Assembly: GCF_002113885.1 (NCBI RefSeq)
Contig: NW_018405900.1
Coordinates: forward strand, 1,234,142 to 1,298,141
Direction: 5' to 3'
DNA length: 64,000 nucleotides
Source of the DNA: Mizuhopecten yessoensis
Taxonomy: Eukaryota
In this document: piece after piece, positions 26,201 to 39,490 of the stretch
Numbering within the stretch: the stretch's first letter is position 1
Layout: each line of letters begins with the position of its first letter
Notes under the pieces: model-generated
The model's database searches: none
The model's input: only the letters and a program-made list of their open reading frames with translations
What the model was told of the DNA's origin: nothing
Made by a program: the position numbers and the translations under genes

Positions 26201-29200
26201 ATAATAATATATGTCCGTTTTAATAATATATGTCCGTTTATAATAATATATGTCCAACCTGGCCTATAACTATAAACCACCTGTCTATAATAATATTATA
26301 CAGTTATAGAATGGATATGAGGGAAATAGCAAAGTTATGGTCCTCCGAGGTGAAAATCTATTTCCAGAGTCGGCAAAGCCGCCGAGGGAAATATTGGTTT
26401 TTTTTACCAGGGGTAACCATAAATTTGGTATTTCCCGAATTACCCATTTTTTAACTGTTTTATTATAACGAAAATATTAACAAATGAAATTATAATTCAT
26501 CATGATTCAAAGAGAGAAAAAATATTACAATTTGACTCAAGTGCTGTATGCATCGTCGTTGATGATATCTTCATTTCTAGCATTCAATAAGTGTTTTGTA
26601 GACCGTATCTAATGGTCACCATTGCTTTCCTAATATATTTAGTCCCAGCCACTGATTTAAGTTCTTTCTGCGTGGATTTAATGTGTCCCCTAGTGTGTTT
26701 TGTTTAAATTGACTTGTTGTTTCGTACTTAGTGAGATCAGACGACATAGAGACGATCTACCTGCCCGAAGAAGACATCCCGGCCTACCGACCACCCGCTC
26801 CATTCCCTCCCCGTCCATTTTGTCCTAGTCTGTCTGATGACGACGAGGACAGAGACGACGATTTTGTTGACGAACCTATCATTGAGGCCCATGCCGCCAC
26901 CAGGTTTGGATTTGGTATGTACATGTATATGAAGAGCAGCAGATTATGTTAATATTTTAATAATTCAATATAAAGATTGCTAATAAGCGTTAAAAAGTTG
27001 AATAGATATATGTGAATTATTCAGTAAAGTACCACATAGTTGTGGGAATCGACAAGATATGTTTCTTAATTACCTGACAAGTTTTCATAATGATTAGTTC
27101 AATAAAACACAACAGCGAAACAACACATGCTTTCGAGGTATGATTAAAAATGAGTTATTTCCGTAGATGCCAGCAATGTCCGGTTGTATGCTAAACCCTT
27201 AGACAGTGAGCCAGAGGAGGAGGAGGAGGAGAAGGAAGGGGACAGCGATAATATTGCTTTGATGCGTGGAGTCCGAGTGATAGCCCTCCATCCGTACAGC
27301 GCGCGCACGACGGATCAACTATCCTTCAAACAAAGTGAGACTCCCTTTCTAGAACACATCTCACCTTTGTCACCCATTTCAACCGTGAAATATATTTATA
27401 CAATAGTAGCCTTAATGATCTGACAACATCGCTGACCTAATGTATGTAAGGAGGCTCTTGGTCATTCTTCTAGAGGTTCAAAATAAGGGAAATATGACCG
27501 GGAAACTCGAGCGCGTAAGGTCATCATGATGTTTTATTTCCCTGTGATGTGATTAATTTATTCCAATCAGACACGGTGTTATATAGATGGGGTATAATAA
27601 TAAACACCACTGACCTGACATAAACCAATCACCTAATCCATGCTAAACGCTAGTGAATGGATATGAGGCATTCCTGTTAGAAACAGGGATGAGCAAGTGG
27701 TTATGTCAGATGTGTGGGAGATGTTGCTTAAGTAAGGGGAATTCCCCAACACGACCGGAAGTTCCGCGTAATGATGGAGTGTTTTACTCTTGAGGATAAC
27801 TTGTAAACACTTAAAAACGTGAGGATAAACAAACTTAGTCCGATTTCGTCAATCGATGGCAAAGTAATCAGCACTCAATTCAACAGAAAACCCCTTTGTT
27901 TAGAAATAAGCTAACATTTGTCGACTGTTAACCTTCCGTTAGTCAGCTATACATGTTAGTAAGCTATTAATCCTAGGTTGTATCGTGAAGTGGATACATA
28001 CATCTCAGTGACCTGATAAGCTTTAATTTATTGGCAATACGACGTACTGATACATATATATATATATTTGGTGGCATGATATTGCATTGAAATACATGTA
28101 TTTTGCTGTAATATGTAAAGTTTAAGGCATGAAATTGCATCATAAAGTTATTGGCTTGACATGGCAGTATTATGTAAGTGGCTTGACATGGCAGTATAAC
28201 GTAAGTGGCTTGACATGGCAGTATAATATAAGTGGCATGTTCGTGATAAGCTAAATTAGTGACATAACATTACTATAATATGTAAAATTGCTAAGTGGCA
28301 TGACGTTGGTGTTATGTTACAACATAATGAAAGACAATGCAATGGTTTGGTGTAATCTGTAAAGTCAATAGCATGACATTGCTGTTATATATAAAGTTAG
28401 TGATATGACATTGCAGCAGATACATAAAGCTAATGGCTTGACTTTGCTGAAAAATAGTGATGTGACATTGCAACATAATATCAACGGCAAATTCTTATAT
28501 GCTAAGTTAGTGAAATTATATTGCTATGCTATAATACATAAAATTATTGACGTGACATTGCTGTAATTTGTAAAATTTCTGACATTGCTGTAATGCATAC
28601 CGTTATTGACGTCAAATTGCTGTAATTTGTAAAATTCCTGACATTGTTGTAATATATAGTTATTTTCGTGACATTGCTGTAGTTTGTAAAATTACTGACA
28701 TTGCTGTAATAGATACAATTATTGACGTAACATTGCTGTAATTTGTAAAATTGCTGACATTACTGTAATACTTACAGGTATTGACGTAACATTGCTGTAG
28801 TTTGTAAAATTGCTGACAAGAAATTGAAGCATGAAGTTATTGGCATGAAATGTCAGTCAACAAAAATAGTGACATGAAATTAAATATAATTACAGCATAG
28901 TGCTAGTGGTCTGACATTTTAGCTGAAATGTATGGACATGATATCGCAGCAAACACAAAGTAACACAAAGTTATGAACATGACATTGAAATTCAAAGTTA
29001 GGGGCATGACATTGAAATTCAAAGTTAGGGGCATGACATTGAAATACAAAGTTAGGGACATGACATTGTAACACAAAGTTAGGGATATGACATTGTAACA
29101 CAAAGTTAGGGCATGACATTGTAACACAAAGTTAGGGATATGACATTGTAGCACAACGTTAAGGACATGCCATTGTAACACAAAATAAGGGACATGACAT

Positions 29201-31887
29201 TGAAATTCAAAGCTAGGGGCATGACATTGAAATTCAAAGTTAGGGGCATGACATTGAAATTCAAAGTTAGGGGCATGACATTGTAACACAAGGTTATGGA
29301 TATGACATTGTAACACAAAGTTAGGGGCATGACATTGTAACACAAGGTTATGGATATGACATTGTAACACAAAGTTAGGGATATGACATTGTAACACAAA
29401 GTTAGGGCATGACATTGTAACACAAAGTTAGGGATATGACATTGTAGCACAACGTTAAGGACATGCCATTGTAACACAAAATAAGGGACATGACATTGAA
29501 ATTCAAAGTTAGGGGCATGACATTGTAACACAAAGTTAGGGGCATGACATTGTAACACAAAGTTAGGGGCATGACATTGTAACACAAAGTTAGGGGCATG
29601 ACATTGTAACACAAAGTTAGGGGCATGACATTGTAACACAAAGTTAGGGGCATGACATTGTAACACAAAGTTAGGGGCATGACATTGTAACACAAAGTTA
29701 GGGGCATGACATTGTAACACAAAGTTAGGGGCATGACATTGTAACACAAAGTTAGGGGCATGACATTGTAACACAAAGTTAGGGGCATGACATTGTAACA
29801 CAAAGTTAGGGACATGACATTGTAACACAAAGTTAGGGGCATGACATTGTAACACAAAGTTAGGGATATGACATTGTAACACAAAGTTAGGGGCATGACA
29901 TTGTAACACAAAGTTAGGAGCATGACATTGTAACACAAAGTTAGGGACATGACATTGAAATTCAAAGTTAGGGACATGACATTGTAACACAAAGCTATGG
30001 AAATGCCATTGTATCACAAAGTTAGGGACATGACATTGTAACACAAAGTAAGGGACATGACATTGAAATTCAAAGTTAGGGACATGACATTGAAATTCAA
30101 AGTTATGGGCATGACATTGTAACACATAGTTAGGGGCATGACATTGTAACACAAAGTAAGGATCATGATATTGTAACACAAAGTTAGGGGAATGACATGG
30201 TAACACAAAGTTAGGGGCATGACATTGAAATTCAAAGTAAGGGGAATGACATTGTAACACAAAGTTATGGACATGACATTGTAGCACAAAGTTAGGGGCA
30301 TGACATTGTAACACACAGTTAGAGTCATGACATTGTAACACAAAGTTAGGGGAATGACATTGTAACACAAAGTTAGGGGCATGACATTGAAATTCAAAGT
30401 TAGGGGAATGACATTGTAACACAAAGTTATGGACATGACATTGTAACACAAAGTTAGGGTCATGACATTGTAACACAAAGTCAGGGACATGACATTGAAA
30501 TTCAAAGTTATGGGCATGACATTGTAACACAAAGTAAGGATCATGATATTGTAACACAAAGTTAGGGGAATGACATTGTAACACAAAGTTAGGGGCATGA
30601 CATTGAAATTCAAAGTTAGGGGAATGACAATGTAACACAAAGTTATGGACATGACATTGTAACACAAAGTTAGGGACATGACATTGTAACACACAGTTAG
30701 GGTCATGACATTGTAACACAAAGTTAGGGGAATGACATTGTAACACAAAGTTAGGGGCATGACATTGTAACATAAAGTTAGGGGAGTGACATTGTAACAC
30801 AAAGTTAGGGGAGTGACATTGTGACACATAGTTAGGGGAATGACATTGTAACACAAAGTAAGGGGAATGACATTGCAAGGAGAGTGTATTAAGATATTGG
30901 CATGTCATAGATATTAGATATGATTTAGTGACATGGTATTCTAACATGGCATTGTAGTGGTTTAGGATATAGCACTTTATAGTTTGCAGCAATGCATAAC
31001 AACCAGTCGAGTTGATCCAGCTCCAAAGTAAATATTAGTATATCGGATAGTAGTAGCCCTAATACATTAGAAATTGGTGTAATCTATAATGTCAGTATAA
31101 CAGATAGCAACAACCCCCAATTCATTACAGATTGATGTAATCGATAATGTCAGTAATACGGATAGCAACAACCCCAATACATTACAGATTGATGTAATCG
31201 ATAATGTCAGTATAACGGATAGCAACAACCACAATACATTACAGATTGATGTAATCGATAATGTCAGTAATACGGATAGTAACAACCCCAATACATTACA
31301 GATTGATGTAATCGATAATGTCAGTATAACGGATAGCAACAACCACAATACATTACAGATTGATGTAATCTATAATGTCAGTATAACAGATAGCAACAAC
31401 CCCAATACATTACAGATTGATGTAAGTCAGTAAAACGGATAGTAACAACCCCAATACATTACAGATGGATGTAATCTATAATGTCAGTATAACAGATAGC
31501 AACAACCTCCAATACATTACAGATTGATGTAATCTATAAGGTCAGTATAACGGATAGCAACAACCCCTAATACATTACAGATTGATGTAATCTATAATGT
31601 CAGTATAACGGATAGCAACAACCACAATACATTACAGATTGATGTAATATATAATGCCAATATAACAGACATAAACAAGCCCCAATACATTACAGATTAT
31701 TATTTTTATCTTTCCAGATCAAGTAATCAAGCAGAAGTTTGGTGCAAACGACGAAGGTTTTGCATATGGCTGGACAAAGGAAACAAAGCTGAGTCAGAAA
31801 CAGCATGGCTATTACCCACAGGCATTGGTCAAACTGATGGTCCCACAGCCGGGGCGGTCGAACAAACGGTCTGAGAAGGGGAGCTAA
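14255..31887 (+). CDS. Divergent F-BAR + SH3 protein (PACSIN/syndapin-like architecture), 603 aa
   Basis: Exons 14255-14316, 21126-21232 (MVWERARVEQTYIKNLNGWA, FCH/F-BAR ERA.IE..Y...L..W motif), 21859-21991, 22307-22433, 22797-23006, 23531-23649, 24257-24395, 24901-25052, 25330-25571, 26732-26914, 27167-27334 (GVRVIALHPY..DQLSFK), 31718-31887 (..GYYP..LV, TAA). All introns are GT-AG, phases are consistent, and the total is 1812 nt. AATAAA at 31996. Confidence 0.82.
14540..15135 (-). mobile_element. 5'-truncated CR1/L2-group LINE, ORF2 C-terminal relic
   Basis: LKWSTHINNITKKANSTLGFLRRNLK..AYKSL.RP.VEYAS, then a frameshift, then VQRRTAGFV..LKWRSLSDRRK..RLSMFYKI..SFFPRTIKDWNKL. Confidence 0.88.
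15362..17110 (-). mobile_element. 5'-truncated L2/Crack/Daphne-type LINE relic (RT C-terminus plus 3' UTR)
   Basis: FYADDSTI..SCSDWLVDNKL..ECILFGTKRKL with frameshifts. The 3' end reads aataaatttgacttgaattgaattg on the minus strand. Internal ~46-bp tandem expansion at 16570-16757. Confidence 0.82.
17185..20980. repeat. 35-bp satellite with a 280-bp (8-mer) higher-order repeat, in intron 1 of the F-BAR gene
   Basis: Unit CAGTTGTGGAGTGGTAWAYCTGTCTGTATAATRYA; diagnostic variants recur every 280 bp. Confidence 0.97.
23830..24050 (+). mobile_element. SINE fragment (Nin-domain-like)
   Basis: tgtcggtattatgtgaccgggcgg...gtcttcggcatggtatttcagtgag core and a tgaccttagctgttaataggag tail. Reverse-oriented relative at ~49060-49215. 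Family assignment from recall. Confidence 0.5.
24053..24223. mobile_element. MITE with 17-bp TIR CAGTGGCGGATCCAGAG (hAT-like termini)
   Basis: Perfect TIR at both ends, with AAACA on both flanks. Confidence 0.8.
25895..26066. repeat. 26-bp tandem repeat (tgttcggctgatatcacacaggtatc)
   Basis: About 6 copies. Confidence 0.9.
26300..26458. repeat. Imperfect ~160-bp palindrome, probably a transposon-terminal hairpin
   Basis: acagtta..gaaatagcaaagttatgg..cggcAAAgccg..ccataaatttggtatttc..taactgt. Confidence 0.55.
28060..30880. repeat. 27-bp satellite (GGGGCATGACATTGTAACACAAAGTTA); homogeneous at 28960-30875, degenerate to the left
   Basis: About 70 core copies; source of the CHAPNFVLQ repeat ORFs. 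Confidence 0.96.
31060..31697. repeat. 57-bp minisatellite, about 11 copies, ending 20 nt before the last F-BAR/SH3 exon
   Basis: Unit ccccaatacattacagattgatgtaatcgataatgtcagtataacggatagcaacaa. Confidence 0.93.
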
Positions 31888-32419
31888 GGTCAAACTATAT
31901 ACTTATATGGAGTGACTGGAACACCACAACATCTGCATTTAGTCTTTTTATCGATCTTGTAATGATTAACCATCAAAATGTGTATTAAAGATTGTAATAA
32001 AACGTGAAACTATATTCGTCATTTAATGATATTTTACATATCAGTTTAAGCTTATACATAATTAAATATTCTATTGAATTTTCAGAGTTTTTCATTTCAA
32101 CACATATTCAATATATTTTTATTTAAATACGACTAAATCTTTGAGCGGTTTTTTTTCGTTACTTAAACAAAAATCCAATAAAATGACAAAGTAGAAGCCA
32201 GGGAGTTCTCGGTGACAGAACCTGTAAACAGCTATCTCCTCAATATAACTTCATGTACATCATTGGACACCTTAACATGTAACCGGCAACCACTCCAAAT
32301 TATAAAGCGGATATGAACGCGCGTTATCTAAAACAAAAATTAGGTGAAGGTCATAACCCATCCTTACAATAATTAATAATATAGATTAAGATCAAATAAC
32401 TAACCCCCCCCCCGTAGAT

Positions 32420-35025
32420 ATGTATAGTAAGTCTCTCATTACTACACGTCCCGTACATCAGTCAGTATAGTTACAATCTCATTACTACACGTCTCGTACA
32501 TATAACAGTATATACATGTAGAAATACTCTAATTACTACACACCCAGTAAATATAACAGTATAGACACACTCTAATGACTACACATCACGTACATATAAC
32601 AGTAAAGAAACACTAATTACTACACGTCCCGTGCATATAACAGTATAGACACACTCTAATTACTACACATCCCGTACATATAACGGTATAAATACACTCT
32701 AATTACTACACATCCAGTAAATATAACAGTATAGATACACTCCAATTACTGCACGTCCCGTACATTTAACGGTATAGACACACTCTAATTACTACACATC
32801 CCGTACATTTAACGGTATAGACACACTCTAATTACTACACGTCCCGTACATATAACAGTATAGATACACTCCAATTACTACACATCCCGTACATATAACA
32901 GTATAGATACACTCCAATTACTGCACGTCCCGTACATTTAACGGTATAGACACACTCTAATTACTACACGTCCCGTACATTTAACAGTATAGATAAACTC
33001 TAATTACTACACATCCCGTACATATAACAGTATAGATACACTCCAATTACTGCACGTCCCGTACATTTAACGGTATAGACACACTCTAATTACTACACGT
33101 CCCGTACATTTAACAGTATAGATAAACTCTAATTACTACACATCCCGTACATATAACAGTATAGATACACTCCAATTACTGCACGTCCCGTACATTTAAC
33201 GGTATAGACACACTCTAATTACTACACATCCCGTACATTTAACGGTATAGACACACTCTAATTACTACACGTCCCGTACATTTAACAGTATAGATACACT
33301 CCAATTACTACACATCCCGTACATATAACAGTATAGATACACTCCAATTACTGCACGTCCCGTACATTTAACGGTATAGACACACTCTAATTACTACACG
33401 TCCCGTACATTTAACAGTATAGATAAACTCTAATTACTACACATCCCGTACATATAACAGTATAGATACACTCCAATTACTGCACGTCCCGTACATTTAA
33501 CGGTATAGACACACTCTAATTACTACACGTCCCGTACATTTAACAGTATAGATAAACTCTAATTACTACACATCCCGTACATATGAAAGTTCTGAGTATA
33601 GAGTGTTATTATTACTACACGTCCCTTACATACATTTCTATAACTGTACAGATACACTCTAATTACTGCACATTCCGTACATATAACAGTATAGATACAC
33701 TCTAATTACTACGCCTTCCGTACATATAAAAGTACAGATACACTCTAATTACTGCACGTCCCGTACATTTAACGGTATAGACACACTCTAATTACTACAC
33801 GTCCCGTACATATAACAGTATAGATACACTCCAATTACTGCACGTCCCGTACTTTTAACAGTATAGACACACTCTAATTACTACACGTCCCGTACATATA
33901 ACAGTATAGATACATGTACACTCCAATTACTACACGTCCCGTACATATTACGGTATAGACACACTCTAATCACTAAAGGTCCCGTACATATGACAGTATA
34001 GATACACTCTAATTACTACACGTCCTGTACATATGACAGTATATGTACACTCTAATTACTACACGTCCCGTACATATAACAGTATAGATTCACTCCAATT
34101 ACTACACGTCCCGTACATATAACAGTATAGATACACTCCAATTACTACACGTCCCGTACATTTAACGGTATAGACACACTCTAATTACTACACGTCCCGT
34201 ACATATAACAGTATAGATACACTCCAATTACTGCACGTCCCGTACATTTAACGGTATAGACACACTCTAATTACTACACGTCCCGTACATTTAACAGTAT
34301 AGATACACTCCAATTACTGCACGTCCCGTACATTTAACGGTATAGACACACTCTAATTACTACACATCCCGTACATTTAACGGTATAGACACACTCTAAT
34401 TACTACACGTCCCGTACATTTAACAGTATAGATACACTCCAATTACTACACATCCCGTACATATAACAGTATAGATACACTCCAATTACTGCACGTCCCG
34501 TACATTTAACGGTATAGACACACTCTAATTACTACACGTCCCGTACATTTAACAGTATAGATACACTCTAATTACTACACATCCCGTACATATAACAGTA
34601 TAGATACACTCCAATTACTGCACGTCCCGTACATATAACAGTATAGATACACTCTAATTACTACACGTCCCGTACATTTAACAGTATAGATAAACTCTAA
34701 TTACTACACATCCCGTACATATAACAGTATAGATACATGTACACTCCAATTAATACACGTCCCGTACATATTACGGTATAGACACACTCTAATCACTAAA
34801 GGTCCCGTACATATGACAGTGTAGATACACTCTAATTACTACACGTCCTGTACATATGACAGTATATGTCCACTCTAATTCCTACACGTCCCGTACATAT
34901 AACAGTATAGATACACTCCAATTACTACACGTCCTGTGCATATAACAATATAGACACACTCTAATTATTACACGTCCTGTACATATAACAGTATAGACAC
35001 ACTCTAATTACTACACATCCAGTAA
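32420..35025. repeat. 43-bp satellite, about 60 copies, with local 129-bp trimer structure
   Basis: Unit tactacacgtcccgtacatttaacggtatagacacactctaat; the gataaactct variant recurs at 129-bp spacing. Confidence 0.96.
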
Positions 35026-35905
35026 ATATTTAAGCATTGAACTGCTTTTGTATGGTATTTATGATCTATTTGAATGACACAGCTTTGCAAGCAAACAACA
35101 TAATGCGCGCTATCATAATTTGAGATGTTGTTGTAAGTCTGAATAACTAAGCTTCTAGTCCTGAAAGCTTTCCTTAGTCCGATATGGACACCAGGTCTTA
35201 TTGTTACAGAAAACCCATCTGTTAATAATCTCTTATTGTTGTATTTCACATCACCATACAAGAATTTCATCTAGATAGTACAGTAGACTTATGTCGCGAG
35301 TCTGTAAATTACCGATATACGTGTGTTTAAATATCAGTTGATCACTGTGTATATTGAACCCACGTGTACGAGCAGACGACAAGTTTACCGCCAAGCATTT
35401 CTTGAGCACAAGGTTTCATCTGGCTATTGTTGTACCGTTCATGATGTCGTTACTACTGTGAGTTTTTGACAATGGAGCAATACATTCTAGAGGAGTAGTT
35501 TTTTCTCTTTTTCTGCAATACGTATGCTGTATAAGCAGATATTGCCAGACGATAATCATATCGCTACACATCCATTTCAATAAATGTTATGGTCTTAATT
35601 TTTCATTGGAATAACCCAAGCACTAACAACAAAAGACATCAGCAAGTTATACAAGTTTATTTGCGGAAAGTAAATAATTTGCACTATTTATTGGGGTTTT
35701 GCTTGCGAATGAAATTGGAAGGTTCCCATCGATACTGTCTGTGTGCTGCAGTATCTTCTGACGATTGCCATATGTACAGTATCGCTTGGAACCGTTGTAG
35801 TAGTTTTGAACAGCAAATATCCAACTTTATTCAGATAGTCAGGAATTTCATGCTGCAATGAGTAAAAATTATATATACAAACTGCTTGTTCTAGTGGACC
35901 GATAC

Positions 35906-36304
35906 ATGATTGGCTATTTATGATAAGCCATCCTCGATACTGAAGGAGTTATACTCACCTTCGCTTACTGCACCCTGTGAATATGTAATAGTAAAAATTG
36001 AAGGCTCAGTGTGCACCACCTTGTTAATGAGACGAAAAGACTAGTTTGATATTTTGGTGTACATCAACAGAATCTCGCGGTCGCGTAACGGTAAAATTTG
36101 TCCAGTTTTGAAGTCAGGTGTCGATCCTTTATAATCTTCAAAGGACAGGTATCAGGCTAGCGATTGGTCAGTTTGTTTTACCTGAGACCAATTAAATAAC
36201 CATCTTTCCGCCTTTAATTTTGCTATGGCCTATTCCAGGGGTGCAGTGAGCAAATGTGATCGTAACCTCTGGAGTAACGAGGATGGCCTAGCATAGCCAA
36301 TCAT
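35906..36304. mobile_element. MITE-like element with ~75-bp imperfect TIRs
   Basis: atgattggcta..gccatcctcg..ctgcaccc / gggtgcag..cgaggatggc..tagccaatcat. Confidence 0.65.
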
Positions 36305-38057
36305 TAATTACTTGATTTAAGTACAAAACCACATGACATAGCGTTGGCAAAACGTATGAAAGACAGACATTTATTTTATCCGCGATTCAATGTGTTACCT
36401 ATTAACAATATAAAGTATAAGCTGAGTCGGAACAGACGCAGATAAATTAACTGTTTGATATAATTTATTTGTAGATATGACACATATTTCTCCTCTCGTT
36501 TGTACGATAGTTTAGATATATTAGGATAGCCAATTATTTCGCCCCTAGCATCACTGATGATTTTATAGAAGGACGAAGTACGGCTGTATGATGCTGTACA
36601 ATTAATTTCTGGCATTCTACAGCTATTTAAAAAATCACAGTTGTCACAATCACACCTTTATGAAATCACACATGAAATATATCAAAATGGGCGAAAAGAA
36701 ACGCGATCATTATCTTCAGATTATTCATATACACATCTGAATGGAATGGCTCGCCAACGAGTCTAACAATGTCCAAACTCAGCACATGTTCTTTGCACCA
36801 AATTTATGTGTCATTAGCATATCAAAATCGTAAGCCTGAATACGCTACGCAGAATAGCAAGACAAGGGCAGATAACTCCTACGAGCTTACAACACCTCAT
36901 TTGAAACTCAACACCTAAAGCTATTCATTAGACTGAACATAGTGACACAGCCTTCTCACAAAACTTTAGTAGGACATGAAATGTCGTCATCCTCTCTTTC
37001 ACTTCCAATTTTACATACACATAATGACACCACCCTCTCAAAAACCTTAGTATTACATGTAGTGACGTCATCCTCTCTCTCACTTTCAGTATTGCGTACA
37101 CAGTGACACCACCCTCTCACAAAGCTTTTAGTATCACATTTAGTGACGTCAACTTCTCACTTTCAGTATCGCTTACACAGTGTGACGTCATCCTCTCACA
37201 TGTGTCCAGTATTGCATACATAAAGCGACACCATCCTCTTATCACAAATCGTTTGGTAACAAAGTACGTGACGTCATCACATTTTGTTACCATCACCTCA
37301 CAAATCCTCAAGTATAACCTGTAGTGAAGCCATCCCCTAACATACTCCCAGTAGTCGCACAACGTTACACGATGTTTGGTTTGCGCACGACTAAAACAAT
37401 GTACCACACTTCAACCATATTTTAGTTCTATCACCAGGGGCGGATCCAGAATGTTTTCAGGGTGGTGTCACCATTCTAAATTTTCAGATTTTTTCTGCTC
37501 CGACGCATGTGGTTTGAACCATGTCATATGTTGCACAAACTACAGTAGGATACCAGTTTTGGCCTTTTTCAAGGGTGCCTTCTGACTTCTGTTTGTTAAT
37601 TCGTGCGCACGGATTGGTAAATGTTTTACCATGTCCCTTGAAATGAAAAAAATGTATGTTACTAACATTTTGTTAATTTATTTATTTCAATTTTTCTTAA
37701 AGCTGCGATGTGCATTGTCCTGTTTGAAAATGTCTTTGAAGAAAAAACCATGTTGATAGTCAAAACTGTAACACATGTGCCCTGTAGCTACTACGGACCA
37801 CTGACCATACAGGTACAAAAGTCTCTGATCATGGTTCGCTGACTAATTAATTGATGATGAGGTGTGATATCAATTAACCTGCTGGAGGGGGAGGAGGGAG
37901 TGGCGTTGGCAAGATAAACTCAATTCAGGTAAGCTTGTTACAATTTTATAGACCATAAAATATTGATGTGAATATTAGGCCCTAAGGTTACAATGGGCGC
38001 ACAAACGGAGCTTTGGGGTGTCACACAATAGATGCAGTATATGTATATTATTATTAC

Positions 38058-38397
38058 ACGTCGACTGTTTACTAATTAAAGATCAACGTCGATGGTTTAC
38101 TAATAATATATCAACGTCGACTGTTAACTAATCATATATCAACGTTGATGGTTTACTAATTATAGATCAACGTCGACTGTTCACTAATTATACATCAACG
38201 TCGACTGTTTACTAATTATAGATCAACGTCGACTGTTAACTAATCATATATCAACGTTGATGGTTTACTAATTATACATCAACGTCGACTGTTTACTAAT
38301 TATATATCAACGTCGATTGTTTACTAATTATATATCAACGTCGATTGTTTACTAATTATATATCAACGTTGGTTGTTTACAAATCATAAATCAACGT
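38058..38397. repeat. 28-bp minisatellite (tcaacgtcgactgtttactaattatata), about 12 copies
   Basis: Direct inspection. Confidence 0.93.
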
Positions 38398-39399
38398 CTT
38401 TTAGTCTTTTTTCTAACTGATCAAGGCCTTAAGAGGCATCTTTATAAAAGTTGCCCGCCTTACTTCATCAATGAAAATGCCACATTTTAATATTTTATTT
38501 CACGGCTTATTGATAAATACTGTATGATAATGTGACAAGTAGTTGATTGACCAGGTAGCAGTATACAGTAGAGGGTTGTGGCCATGGGTGATATTTTTGT
38601 TAAATGGCTAACACCTGTATAATGATATGTAAAAAAATATAAAAATAAAACTGTACTAAAATTGGTGTAAGCATGATGAAGTGGGCTATGTGAGCTTCAC
38701 ATTTGTAAAAAAAAAAAGAAGATTTTTTTGGTTCGAGGATAAAATTTTGGCCATAATCTGAAAGGGTGCCTACACATGAAAAGCTAGCTTTACAGGAGGT
38801 AAAACGACGCAAAATTGCAAAAACAAAACAAGTTTTACAACTTTACTGGGACCCAGATAATTCTGCAACCAGGTAGGTAATCTTTAATTTCATACAGAAC
38901 TTATGAAAATAATTACTAGTTGCGGGGGTCAAATTTTGGGTCAAAAATAGCAATTTTTGGCATTTTTTGGTAATTTTTGATGTGGTAACCAATGTTTTCA
39001 CACAAGTGACATACATAGAAAAAAGAGGTTTATACACTTCTCAGTACTTTATATGTATTGTAAATGTAATGCAGTTTACAAATATATATACATGTATACA
39101 TGTGTTGTGTAGGGTAAATCCGCTGTGTTTACATTTCCTCGACATGTGCCTTGTTTATCAGAGTCGGGTCATTTCTACTGTATACTGCTACCCCAACAAC
39201 TGTACACGGAAACTGCTTACTTGCAAAAACAACGTCGATCAATTTAACCCATGTAATAAGGACATGTATACAATGTATAACTCACGTGTTTCTTGCCTGT
39301 GATGTAATAGATGATCAGTTAGTTAGTAGCGCCATTGTTCACGGATAGGTCTATGGTGTCGAGACCGGTATCATAATATATTTAAGCAGGATACGTATC

Positions 39400-39490
39400 A
39401 TGGTGCTACAAGGTAGATATTTTGCCGTTATTGAGCTAAAATGTAGTCAAGAAGAATTTTGCTTCTATAAGATAAACCAGTTTTCAGTAG
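39400..39490 (+). pseudogene. Possible degenerate FABP-like first coding exon
   Basis: ttaagcag-gatacgtatc-ATG GTG CTA CAA GGT AGA resembles the start of copy C (ttaaacag-gatatacg-ATG TCT GTG TTT CAA GGC AAA). It contains GAAGAATTTTG and ends at a phase-1 G|GTAGGT donor. No exon 2 found. Confidence 0.3.

Noticed and set aside
28903-30992. Cys/His-rich repeat ORFs (CHAPNFVLQ) as a metal-binding protein
   Set aside because: Translation of a 27-bp satellite, with frameshifting 26-bp units.
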